The notes under the pieces: generated by a model
The model's input: only the letters and a program-made list of their open reading frames with translations
The model's database searches: none
Told to the model about the DNA's origin: nothing
DNA from: Chthonomonadaceae bacterium
GTDB taxonomy: Bacteria > Armatimonadota > Chthonomonadetes > Chthonomonadales > Chthonomonadaceae
Assembly (NCBI GenBank): GCA_027450145.1
Contig: DAIDKH010000035.1
Coordinates: 1-44,990 of the forward strand
DNA length: 44,990 nucleotides
Direction of reading: 5' to 3'
Translations under genes and position numbers: made by a program
Shown: one piece after another, positions 28,996-38,879 of the stretch
Layout: every line of letters begins with the position of its first letter
Position numbering within the stretch: position 1 is the stretch's first letter

Positions 28996-30114
28996 GTGGA
29001 AGCGCTTAACCTCTGGCTGCAACTTACACGAGCATCGCCAATGTCAATGAGAACTCAAATGACCCCAAAACTGACCATACTTGCCGCATTGTGCCTGCTT
29101 TCAAGCCACGCGGTACTAGGTCAGTCGGCACTGCATCCTCGGTTAAGTCAAGAATACGTAAAGGCGCGTGGTTATATTCAACTAAGGTATACGGATGTCA
29201 ACAAACATGCATCCACGGTAGGTATAAGGCTGCTTAAAGCTCAGCTTTTATGGAAGCCTGTTCGGTCCCTACGCATCTATTCACAGCTTGCATATCTCTA
29301 TGGCACACACAACATAGACGACAACAGAATATGGATGGAGGATATGTGGGGACAGATCAATGGCGTGGATGGCAGGATAAGATTTGGACAGTTCAAACCT
29401 TCCTTTGGGCTAGAAAACATGCAATCAGCGACGTCACTTGCAACTATGGATAGAGCAACTGCAAGCACGAACCTGGCACCTGATGGGGGCCTCACACACT
29501 CATTTGGCCGCGATATTGGCGTGCAATACCAGTCTGGTAGTCGCGACAAGGGGCAGCTTACCATAGGAATCTTTGCAGGTACCGGCAGCGGCGCAGAGTC
29601 TCCATTGCAGGCGGCCGGGCTACTCTGCTTACATGGAATAAAAAAGTGGAAGCTGCGCAAATCTTCCATCCAGTTCGGCCTCTCCGCTTCCTTTAGGCAT
29701 GACGGCAATGTCAACTTCAGCCATGCGCTACCCTCAACCACTGCACTGTATACAGCACACTTCCACGGGAACGACCAAAGGTTGAACGCCGAACTTCTGG
29801 CGGTTGCTGGCGCCTGGCGATTTCAATCCGAGGTGACGTACGCAAAGTTTGTGCCAGGCTCCGGATCGCCCGCAATAGAGGCGAATGGGGCCTACGCAGA
29901 GTTAACCTGTCAGTCCTCAAGGCGACTGGAGCTGGTGCTAAAGGCCGAAACCTTCGACCCCGACAGTCGGCTTTCCGTTCGTGATACACTGCACGGATAT
30001 ACAATGGGTTTTGCGTTTTTGCCAAGTAAGCGCACCAAGGTGATGTTAGACTATGTAATTAAAAGTGAAAAGGCGCCCAACCTCATTCAAGTACAGTATC
30101 AGCGAACTTTCTAG
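28996..30114 (+). CDS. Outer-membrane porin, phosphate-selective porin O/P-like
   Basis: The signal peptide MTPKLTILAALCLLSSHAVLG, beta-barrel character and a C-terminal ...QYQRTF are present. The start is likely an internal Met at 29041 or 29047. Confidence 0.5.
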   Translation: MEALNLWLQLTRASPMSMRTQMTPKLTILAALCLLSSHAVLGQSALHPRLSQEYVKARGYIQLRYTDVNKHASTVGIRLLKAQLLWKPVRSLRIYSQLAYLYGTHNIDDNRIWMEDMWGQINGVDGRIRFGQFKPSFGLENMQSATSLATMDRATASTNLAPDGGLTHSFGRDIGVQYQSGSRDKGQLTIGIFAGTGSGAESPLQAAGLLCLHGIKKWKLRKSSIQFGLSASFRHDGNVNFSHALPSTTALYTAHFHGNDQRLNAELLAVAGAWRFQSEVTYAKFVPGSGSPAIEANGAYAELTCQSSRRLELVLKAETFDPDSRLSVRDTLHGYTMGFAFLPSKRTKVMLDYVIKSEKAPNLIQVQYQRTF

Positions 30115-30122
30115 CGGCCGTG

Positions 30123-31265
30123 CTATGCGTTACGCTGCGTATAGGGTAACGTGGGCAGATGAGCGCCAGGAGGATATACTACAGTAATCTCTGGTTCGGG
30201 CGGCAGCTTTACGGTAGACTTTATCACCGCACTACGGCGTAGCGAAACAATCACCATATCTCTGTGGGCACTAGCCTCGGCATTCCATGCGGCAAGGAGC
30301 TTCGCTCTGCCGATTGCAGAGCCACGCGCCTGAAGTTTGAACGCCCACCATCCACCATTGTAATAAACCGGCTCGCTAACTGCACCAGGCTTCAACGCAT
30401 AGATTACAATTTGCAGCGGTGCCGGCCAATACGTATCACGCAGACTGGGCCCAACCAACCCGCCGTCTGGCTGCAAACTTGCGTATTCATTGTTCGCCGC
30501 CAGCACATGAAACGGTGTTCCCTTGTGATACCTTGCGAGAAGAGCCTCCAGCCTTGCACGCGCAGCATCCTTACTGGCAGACGACATCACACCATCGGGC
30601 GCGGCTGACGTGTAGAGGCATTTCACTACGACCCAGTCATTGTCCGAAATAGGATGACCCAGGCGCGCAGCCACCATTGACGAATAGAGCTTTTCGGTTT
30701 GCAGCTTCATGGTTAGGTCATTAATCAGCAGATCATATGGTACGTGAAACTGCTTCAGCAACTGTGCGTCAGAAAACTTCCAATGATGCTGAAGGCGCAC
30801 CTCATTGAACATAAGATGCGCCTGTTGCACAGCCTGCGATCGTGCAACAACAATATGCTTTTTGAGGGCAGTGAGCCTTACGAGGTGCTCCGTGATAAGG
30901 TTGGATATAATCCCGGCATAGGGTGGTGTTCCTGTAGACCATACCTGTGAATAGAGATCCTGGTAGATCGCCTTGCGTGGTATAGAAAGCACGTGTCCAG
31001 AATTACCCAGCGCAGGCCATCGATCAAACAATAGCCTGGCTACCGACTGTTGGGCCTTCTCGTCAGTCTCCACCCACACATACGTGACTTCGCGCCGCGT
31101 AATAACACTCCCATCTACCGACGCCATCACATCAGAACCCAAGTACCTCTTAGGCAAGGATGCATGGTGAAGTGGCTTCGGCGCTGCCAAGCACAGGGTA
31201 GAGGCCATACCGAGAATCGCAATAGCTGGCACTACCAACGTTGTTGTTCTGTGAACCTTGATCAT
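30123..31265 (-). CDS. Secreted SurA/PrsA-like chaperone with parvulin-type PPIase domain
   Basis: A signal peptide is followed by parvulin-like residues FHVL, DGGLVGP and NGGWWAFKL. Confidence 0.45.
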   Translation of the reverse strand: MIKVHRTTTLVVPAIAILGMASTLCLAAPKPLHHASLPKRYLGSDVMASVDGSVITRREVTYVWVETDEKAQQSVARLLFDRWPALGNSGHVLSIPRKAIYQDLYSQVWSTGTPPYAGIISNLITEHLVRLTALKKHIVVARSQAVQQAHLMFNEVRLQHHWKFSDAQLLKQFHVPYDLLINDLTMKLQTEKLYSSMVAARLGHPISDNDWVVVKCLYTSAAPDGVMSSASKDAARARLEALLARYHKGTPFHVLAANNEYASLQPDGGLVGPSLRDTYWPAPLQIVIYALKPGAVSEPVYYNGGWWAFKLQARGSAIGRAKLLAAWNAEASAHRDMVIVSLRRSAVIKSTVKLPPEPEITVVYPPGAHLPTLPYTQRNA

Positions 31266-31324
31266 ATGTTAATGCTGTTCCTTCGTACGCTAAAGCGGCA
31301 CGTAATCTGGAGAGATATTCTAAC

Positions 31325-33577
31325 CTAATGGGCAACAGCTGCCATGCGGCGCGGTATGGCATCCTGCCAAATCTGGGCCATTGCCGTTATATCGGCGGAA
31401 ATTAGGTCGTTGGTCCCGCTCGCAATACGCAGAAACTCTCCGCCAACGGTACCTAGCCAATGGGCAGTGATTTGCTGCTCAGCTGCCATTTCCTTTAACT
31501 GCTCAAAAGCCTCCTCAGATTTCAGCGTAACTACGACACGGCCTTGTGCCTCACCAAACAATAGACTTGCGGTAGTGTGTTCCTCCCACGACGAAGGATT
31601 CATCAGCACCAAAGCTCCCACGCCTCCCAGCATACAGCACTCTGCTAGCGTAACCGCTATGCCGCCATCTGACACGTCGTGGCATGATGCTAACATACCT
31701 TTACCAATGGCCTGCACAAGGAACTCTTGCAGTCGCCTTTCGGCCTGTAGATCAACCTGCGGTGGTCGTCCAGCCTCAATTTCGTGTATCACGCTGAGGT
31801 ACTCACTGCCACCCAGGCCATGTTCCACATGATCATAGGCTTGCAGCAACACAATGGTGTCGCCTTCTTCAGCGAATGCAGCACCACACGAGCGGCTGGG
31901 ATCGTCAATTATACCAACCATCCCAATGGTAGGCGTTGGATAGATCGGTCCGTTAGGCGTCTCGTTGTAAAACGACACATTTCCACTAACCACAGGGGTC
32001 CCCAAGACCTCCGTAGCCTGTGCAATCCCTTCCACGGCCCGTCGGAATTGCCAGAATCCTGTTGGCTTTTCAGGATTCGCGAAATTGAGATTGTCAGTTA
32101 CAGCCGCGGGACGCGCGCCCGTGCAGGCAACATTTCGAGCGGCCTCGATCACGGCGATTTGTGCGCCAGTAAAGGGATCCAAGTAGCAGTACCGGCCGTT
32201 TCCATCTACTTTCATGGCGATGCCACGCTGAGCTCCGCGAATCTGCAACACTGCAGCATCGGCACCGGGTAGGTGAACAGTCTGGGTCTGCACCATACTG
32301 TCGTACTGCTCGGTAATCCAACGCTTTGACGCGATGTTTGGTGAGTCGAGCAGCCGTTCGAGGCATTGCGTCGGTGTGAGAGGACACTCCAGGGCCTCAG
32401 ACGAAGGCAGGGCGTTTGTATCAAAGGCTTGTATCTCATCGATGTAGGCCGGCTGAGATGCTTCCAGGTAGTACGTTGGGCATTCGTCGGTAAGTGACCG
32501 TGCAGGAACCTCTGCAACAACCTGGCCCAAATCGCGTATGCGAACGAGCCCGTCATCTGTAACTTTACCTATCACCGCTGCGTGAAGACCCCACTTGTGA
32601 AAGACGCTAATAACGTCGGCTTCATGTCCCGGTATTGCCGTGCAGAGCATTCGCTCCTGCGACTCAGACAGCATGATTTCGTAGGGTGTCATATCCTGTT
32701 CTCGCAAGGGTACCTTGCGGATATCGACATCCATGCCCAGCCCCGCCTTAGCTGCCATCTCACAGGTGCTGCAGGTTAGGCCTGCGGCGCCCATATCCTG
32801 AATGCCAGAGATGTAACCCGTAGCTAGTGCCTCAAGGGTTGCTTCGATCAGGAGTTTTTCTGTGAAAGGATCGCCCATCTGTACGTTTGGACGCTTACTT
32901 TCAGAATCTGGTCCAAGTTCAACGGAAGCGAAGGTTGCTCCGTGAATGCCGTCCTTCCCGGTCGCACTGCCAACATAAATCACCGGGCTGCCAGCAGGTC
33001 CTGCAGCTGCGCTGGCAACGTGCTTGCGCTCAACAACGCCTACCGCCATAGCATTTACAAGCGGATTTCCGTTATAACACGGATTGAATACAACCTCACC
33101 GGCAACGGTGGGAACACCAACACAATTGCCATAATGAGCGATTCCCGCTACCGCATGTTCTAGCAAATACCTATTCCGAACGTCGCTCAGCGGCCCGAAT
33201 CGTAATGAATTAAGGTTCGCAACGGGACGAGCACCCATGGTAAAAATGTCGCGCAAAATGCCACCAACACCAGTGGCCGCCCCTTGAAAAGGCTCAACAG
33301 CCGACGGGTGATTGTGGGACTCCATCTTGAAGACGATCCCCAATTCATCGTCCAATGGTATAACGCCCGCATTTTCGAGGGCGCCACTCTCTTGAGCTTC
33401 TTTATAATTCTTAAAGAGTGACAACACCGGACGCGAGTATTTGTATCCGCAATGTTCCGACCACATCACCCCAAACATACCCAGCTCTGTAAGAGTTGGA
33501 GTGCGATTCAGAATGCCAACTACCTTTTCATACTCCGCCTCATTCAATCCCATTTCCAATGCAGCTTGCAGGTTCAT
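31325..33577 (-). CDS. purL: Phosphoribosylformylglycinamidine synthase subunit PurL
   Basis: GMFGVMWSEHCGYK and ESHNHPSAVEPFQGAATGVGG match the AIR-synthase-related domain duplicated in the 750-aa PurL. Confidence 0.9.
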   Translation of the reverse strand: MNLQAALEMGLNEAEYEKVVGILNRTPTLTELGMFGVMWSEHCGYKYSRPVLSLFKNYKEAQESGALENAGVIPLDDELGIVFKMESHNHPSAVEPFQGAATGVGGILRDIFTMGARPVANLNSLRFGPLSDVRNRYLLEHAVAGIAHYGNCVGVPTVAGEVVFNPCYNGNPLVNAMAVGVVERKHVASAAAGPAGSPVIYVGSATGKDGIHGATFASVELGPDSESKRPNVQMGDPFTEKLLIEATLEALATGYISGIQDMGAAGLTCSTCEMAAKAGLGMDVDIRKVPLREQDMTPYEIMLSESQERMLCTAIPGHEADVISVFHKWGLHAAVIGKVTDDGLVRIRDLGQVVAEVPARSLTDECPTYYLEASQPAYIDEIQAFDTNALPSSEALECPLTPTQCLERLLDSPNIASKRWITEQYDSMVQTQTVHLPGADAAVLQIRGAQRGIAMKVDGNGRYCYLDPFTGAQIAVIEAARNVACTGARPAAVTDNLNFANPEKPTGFWQFRRAVEGIAQATEVLGTPVVSGNVSFYNETPNGPIYPTPTIGMVGIIDDPSRSCGAAFAEEGDTIVLLQAYDHVEHGLGGSEYLSVIHEIEAGRPPQVDLQAERRLQEFLVQAIGKGMLASCHDVSDGGIAVTLAECCMLGGVGALVLMNPSSWEEHTTASLLFGEAQGRVVVTLKSEEAFEQLKEMAAEQQITAHWLGTVGGEFLRIASGTNDLISADITAMAQIWQDAIPRRMAAVAH

Positions 33578-33684
33578 TCACGCTCCATTATCAATATGTT
33601 TGTAGTTGCAGTATATCTGAAAGCCGCATAGGTGGTCAACCACTGCCTGACGCTGACTACTCCGCACATGCGCGACACTGCGCT

Positions 33685-34785
33685 TCATTCTGAAGGGTGT
33701 ATGTCATGTCCGTAACGCCATGAGATCGATTCGATGTCAACCAGTCCCTGCACAATAGCACGGACCTTATTGGACCGCCCCGCGTGCAAATCAATCGAGG
33801 ATACCCAGACGCTACGCGTCCGGCCATACTGTTTCAGCCTGCGTGTTGTAACGATCGCAAAGAGGTCGGGATTAGGGGAAATTGCCAGTTCAGCGGCGGT
33901 TCCCATGGGGATTGCTTCTCCCGTCTGCGTATCTATACGCCACCACCAGTAGGCTGGTCCAATCGTGCTGTTTCCGGCATATTCGGCCAGTAAAGCAAAT
34001 CGCTTAAATCCCGAAGGCACTGGTACCGCCATTAATTGGCTGAAATGTGGGATCCTCGATTGCGAATGACTTGAGTAGCTAATCCGCCTGGTTGCCTTCA
34101 CCACAACACCGCCGTGAACTGTCAAAGTCGAAATAGAATCGGCTAGCCCGTTGGAACCTGCGGCAAGAACTACATACGTATGGGGTGCCAACCAAGCTCC
34201 GGTGAAGGGCCATTTTGCCACATACTGCCACAATGACTTCCGGTTTTTTGCATCCGTGAGCTCCATGGTAAAGCGCCCACCTTGTGATGTCGAGCGCACA
34301 ACGTACTGCCGGTTTGGTGAATAGCCTGAATCAACGGGAGCCGGCACCGCTACTTTATGCCCGTTGACCTTGACAGCCGGCCCACCTTGCAAATACAAGG
34401 TATCGCTGCCTTGAATCCAATTTAACGGTTGAGCAAAGCGCTGTTTACCAAAAGCCACCTGCCAAACGATCCGATGCCGAGCCATACTGTACAGGCAGAG
34501 AAGGTCACTGCCATGATCCACACGTGCATTCGTAGGACGTCGAATGAAACCTAGGTATTTACCGTCTGGGGAAAAGCAAACATCCACATCATCGCTGTTT
34601 CCTCGGGTAAGCTGCTCAACCCTTCTGGAAGCTACGAGATATTCATAGACATGAAAATGACTGAGCTTCTTAGATCCTGGAGGATTGTAGTAACGCGCGC
34701 TATACGCAATCTGGCCCTTAGCAACCTGGCACAAGCAAAGAGAGGTTAGCATCGCCCCCAATGAAACCAGCCTGCTAGTACGCAT
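33685..34785 (-). CDS. Secreted WD40-like/TolB-like beta-propeller protein
   Basis: A signal peptide and an FSPDGKYLGF (PD40-type) repeat are present. Confidence 0.45.
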   Translation of the reverse strand: MRTSRLVSLGAMLTSLCLCQVAKGQIAYSARYYNPPGSKKLSHFHVYEYLVASRRVEQLTRGNSDDVDVCFSPDGKYLGFIRRPTNARVDHGSDLLCLYSMARHRIVWQVAFGKQRFAQPLNWIQGSDTLYLQGGPAVKVNGHKVAVPAPVDSGYSPNRQYVVRSTSQGGRFTMELTDAKNRKSLWQYVAKWPFTGAWLAPHTYVVLAAGSNGLADSISTLTVHGGVVVKATRRISYSSHSQSRIPHFSQLMAVPVPSGFKRFALLAEYAGNSTIGPAYWWWRIDTQTGEAIPMGTAAELAISPNPDLFAIVTTRRLKQYGRTRSVWVSSIDLHAGRSNKVRAIVQGLVDIESISWRYGHDIHPSE

Positions 34786-34885
34786 TCTCTACCCGCATTT
34801 GCGTCTCCCGTTGAAAGCTACAAGAGCTCCAGTTTTTAAATTGCTTGAGGCTTCGCCCGCCAAACCGTACACCTATACGCCTCCT

Positions 34886-36319
34886 CTACTGCGGGTGTAT
34901 CGACGAGAGTACCGGCCGTACCACACAGCCCGTGACTAACTGGCCGTTCTTTACAAATCCTTCCTCACGGCCGCTAAGCTCCTGAACCAGTCGTGCCCGC
35001 CAAATATCTACTTGTGGCTCTAGTGCAAGATCATACTGTTCGTTAGGATCGTTATCTAGATCGAACAGCTGTTCCCTACCCGTGTTAGACCACCAGATAT
35101 ACTTCCAGTGACCGTCCGTCAGCCATTGAAGCGACTGTCCACAGGCTAGATGCTCACCATGAAGGTAGCTACGCCAGGGGAATGTGCGTTCCGCGAGTGG
35201 CAGCAAGCTTCTACCGTCGAGTCCCTGCGGAACCTCTAAGCCGGCAGCATCTAAAAGAGTAGGCATTACATCGCGAAGTTCCACTACCCGATCATTGCAA
35301 ACTGTACGCCTGGGTATTCCTGGCCCGCTGAGCAGAAGCGGCACCCGTGCCGATCCTTCGTACGGCAGACCCTTTCTAAACGCACCATGGTCGCCTAGCA
35401 TCTCACCGTGATCCGATACAAAGCATATGACTGTATTCTGCCGCTCGCCGTACTCTGCGAGCGTTTCCAGAAATCGATTGATGAGAAGATCTATGTGCGT
35501 CATGTGGCCGTAATATCCGGCCCTTGCCCGCTGTAGGGCCCTAGCAGATAGTGCGCCAAAGGCAAGATCTGCTCGCCATTCATCATTGTGTGGCGCAAAC
35601 GCGTTCTTCGCCCAATCGCCAACGACAGGGGGTGCCATTGGGCAGTCCAGGTACTGCTCAAACGCCCAACCTGGTGGATCATATGGCGGATGCGGACGGT
35701 GGAACCCCAGGTAGAGGAAGAAGGGCTTGCGGGTATCGCGCCGGCGTAGAAAGTCCTGTGCCTCACTCACGACCCAAGTGGAGGGGTGTAAAGCCTCGTC
35801 TTTGTCCCACGGTCGGGCGACCTGAGAATTGCAGTTCAATCCGTTATCAAAATAGTCCGAACTAGGATTGCCAGTTTGCATTCGAAGCCACGGCAGGTAA
35901 TCGTCAAAATGGGTAAAGTCTCGCGGCCGCTTCCGTGGAAAATGGAGATAACCGTCATGCAGAATGACGTTTTGAAACCCCATCTGTGATCGTTCTGGAA
36001 ACACATGTAGCTTACCAATCGCCTGTGTCTGATAGCCCTGACGCGTAAATTCTGAAGCAATCGTACAAGGGTAGTTCCATTCTACGCCATCCTGGTACCC
36101 CACACGGCCAGTGGATGTTTGCGACAAACCTGTGTACAGCGCAGCCCTCGCTGGTATACACGTTGGCGTAGCGGAATACGCACGCGTAAAGCGTACTCCT
36201 TCCCCTGCAAGTTGATCCAGGTGTTGTGTCATGACAACCGGATGACGCTCGCACGAAAGCGCATCACCACGCCATTGATCAACGCAAAATAGAAGGACAT
36301 TTGGCTGTTTCGTACTCAT
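34886..36319 (-). CDS. Sulfatase (arylsulfatase family), no obvious signal peptide
   Basis: The formylglycine motif C-x-P-x-R lies in SATPTCIPARAALYTG, with LLFCVDQWR upstream. The start is taken at MSTKQPN. Confidence 0.75.
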   Translation of the reverse strand: MSTKQPNVLLFCVDQWRGDALSCERHPVVMTQHLDQLAGEGVRFTRAYSATPTCIPARAALYTGLSQTSTGRVGYQDGVEWNYPCTIASEFTRQGYQTQAIGKLHVFPERSQMGFQNVILHDGYLHFPRKRPRDFTHFDDYLPWLRMQTGNPSSDYFDNGLNCNSQVARPWDKDEALHPSTWVVSEAQDFLRRRDTRKPFFLYLGFHRPHPPYDPPGWAFEQYLDCPMAPPVVGDWAKNAFAPHNDEWRADLAFGALSARALQRARAGYYGHMTHIDLLINRFLETLAEYGERQNTVICFVSDHGEMLGDHGAFRKGLPYEGSARVPLLLSGPGIPRRTVCNDRVVELRDVMPTLLDAAGLEVPQGLDGRSLLPLAERTFPWRSYLHGEHLACGQSLQWLTDGHWKYIWWSNTGREQLFDLDNDPNEQYDLALEPQVDIWRARLVQELSGREEGFVKNGQLVTGCVVRPVLSSIHPQ

Positions 36320-36692
36320 GGCAAAAATTCCCTCACTAGACATGCACATAGGCAAGCCGTGGTTGGGGCAATAGCAACAATTGTCGCTAGACGTCTCAAA
36401 GCTCCGGTGTTGAGTTAACTGCTGCGAGATCCCCTGAATTCTTTTCGCTACCGGGCCCGCAATTCCTGCCGGGATAGTTAAACCACTCGTTAATTGACAG
36501 TTCAGGATTTCACAGCGCTCGAGCAGTCACTATGGGAAAACTCATTACAGCCTTGCCAGAAGGTAAATCGACGATACGATGCCTATCCGCCCCAAACCGC
36601 CTGTGGGTGCATTTGCAATTGATGCTTGACAACTTAAACTAGGACGCCTATAATAGCGGCACCAAAATCCACCACCACCATTGAGGCCCAAC

Positions 36693-38879
36693 ATGAACCC
36701 ACTCATGTCATTGTTGACAGCTGCCGCGGCAACTGTAGTAGCCTGCGCCGCTCTCCCTGCAGCTTCTCAAATGCTTCCGTCACCGGACTGGATGGTTACT
36801 CCGTGCACCACACCCGTTACGGTTCATCTAGATCAGGACACCCGTCTGTTATCGATACAAAACGGCCTTATTGAGCTGACTTTCACCACAAGCCCAAATT
36901 GTGCGCTGGTTGGATTTAAGAACCTCGTAACGGACGAATCCATGCTGCGGGCAGTGTCACCCCTAGGCGATGTAACACTGGCAGGCAACCGGTATGACAT
37001 AGGTGGACTTCAGGGTCAGCCAGACCGTGCATTTCTGCGCGCTGATTGGGTGAAAACTCTTACGGCGATACCATCATCGTTCCAGTACAACGGATTTACC
37101 GTCTCAGATCCTCAAGAACGATTCCCGTGGAAGGCAACGCGACCGGCGGAACATCTGCCATGGCCCGCACCAGGCAAGGTCCTTACACTCCATTTCACCC
37201 CTGCTCCGGGCCAGATACAGAGTGTTACAGTTGACGTACACTACCGGCTGTATGTGGGTCAGCCTCTGCTGTGCAAGTGGATAACGATAACAAATCATGG
37301 CTCGGACCCTGTGCGATTAAACAGCTTTACCAGTGAAATACTCGCAGCCGTGGAAGGCGAATCATCAGTCGGTGATCCACCAGTCTGGCGTTTACCCAAC
37401 ATGAACGTAACAACAGATTACTCATTTGGCGGCGACAATCAGGCGGATGCGACACATACCGTTCATTGGGTACCGGATCCCCAATACACAACGCAGGTAA
37501 ACTACGAGCTCCATACACCGTGTGTCCTTGAGGTGCGCCCGCCGCTAGGACCGGACACAGACATACCCGCGCATGGATCTATGGAGACATTTCGAACCTG
37601 GGAGCTTCTTTACGACAGTACGGATAGACAGCGTAAGGGACTGGAAACCTGTCGTATGTACCGCACAATTGCGCCGTGGACGACTGAAAATCCTCTTATG
37701 CTCCATCTTACCAGCACCGATCCAACGGTAGTAAAGACTGCCATCGATCAGGCCGCGCAATGTGGCTTCGAAATGGTAATCTTCTCGTTCGGCAGCGGAC
37801 TAAACATGGAAGACGAGTCTCCGGGTAATATAGCGCGCTTCAAGGAATTTGCAGACTACGCGCACCAAAAAGGACTTCAGATTGGTGGCTACTCGCTACT
37901 TGCAAGTCGCAGCATTGATGCAGCAGACGATGTTATCAACCCCAAAACCGGTAAACCAGGTGGCGCTATATTTGGTAACTCACCCTGCCTATGCAGCGCC
38001 TGGGGTATAGCTTACTTCCAGCATATAAAGCACTTTCTATCGGCTACGGGGTTCGACTTGCTTGAGAATGACGGCAGTTACCCAGGCGATGTGTGTGCTT
38101 CAACGACGCATCCGGGCCACCATGGCTTACTCGACTCTCAGTGGCAGCAGTTCTGGAAGATAGCACACTTCTACAGATGGTGTAGGGGCCGAGGTATCTA
38201 CCTAAATGTGCCAGACTGGTATTTTCTTCAGGGATCAAACAAATCGGGCATGGGCTACCGCGAAACGAACTGGTCACTGCCAAGAGACCTGCAGCACCTG
38301 CATGCTCGTCAGAATATGTATGATGGAACCTGGAACAAAACCCCGAGTATGGGTTGGATGTTTGTACCACTTGTCCAATATCACGGTGGTGGTGCAGCGG
38401 CTACAATTGAGCCTCTACACGAGCACATTGAGGACTATCGGGAGCACCTAATGGATTGCCTGCTTTATGGGGTTCAGGCATGCTATCGGGGACCTCGTCT
38501 ATACGATACTCCTACGGTCAGAAAAATGGTGCAAACGTGCGTCTCGTTTTTCAAACATCATAGAGCTATCCTTCAGTCTGATGTCATCCACCTGAGACGT
38601 CCGGACGGCGAAGACTGGGACGGCATTCTGCACGTTAATCCCTCATTGCTAGAATGTGGGCTAGCCGCGTTTTTTAATCCCCTGAGTCACTCAATTACTC
38701 GCACAATACATCTACCACTCTACTACACCGGCCTTACCAAGTATGCCATGGTGTCTTTAGAGGGCAAACGAGCCAAGAAATATACGCTTAATCGGCAATA
38801 CAGCATCACTCTCCAGGTGACTATCCCTGCACATGCGTTCACCTGGTGCGTTATTACGGGCGTACAAAAACCTTCGTAG
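36693..38879 (+). CDS. Secreted putative glycoside hydrolase (TIM-barrel, alpha-galactosidase/melibiase-like)
   Basis: A signal peptide MNPLMSLLTAAAATVVACAALPAAS is followed by GFEMVIFSFGSG...FADYAHQKGLQIGGY. It is divergent from the sulfatase gene. The family assignment is tentative. Confidence 0.4.
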   Translation: MNPLMSLLTAAAATVVACAALPAASQMLPSPDWMVTPCTTPVTVHLDQDTRLLSIQNGLIELTFTTSPNCALVGFKNLVTDESMLRAVSPLGDVTLAGNRYDIGGLQGQPDRAFLRADWVKTLTAIPSSFQYNGFTVSDPQERFPWKATRPAEHLPWPAPGKVLTLHFTPAPGQIQSVTVDVHYRLYVGQPLLCKWITITNHGSDPVRLNSFTSEILAAVEGESSVGDPPVWRLPNMNVTTDYSFGGDNQADATHTVHWVPDPQYTTQVNYELHTPCVLEVRPPLGPDTDIPAHGSMETFRTWELLYDSTDRQRKGLETCRMYRTIAPWTTENPLMLHLTSTDPTVVKTAIDQAAQCGFEMVIFSFGSGLNMEDESPGNIARFKEFADYAHQKGLQIGGYSLLASRSIDAADDVINPKTGKPGGAIFGNSPCLCSAWGIAYFQHIKHFLSATGFDLLENDGSYPGDVCASTTHPGHHGLLDSQWQQFWKIAHFYRWCRGRGIYLNVPDWYFLQGSNKSGMGYRETNWSLPRDLQHLHARQNMYDGTWNKTPSMGWMFVPLVQYHGGGAAATIEPLHEHIEDYREHLMDCLLYGVQACYRGPRLYDTPTVRKMVQTCVSFFKHHRAILQSDVIHLRRPDGEDWDGILHVNPSLLECGLAAFFNPLSHSITRTIHLPLYYTGLTKYAMVSLEGKRAKKYTLNRQYSITLQVTIPAHAFTWCVITGVQKPS

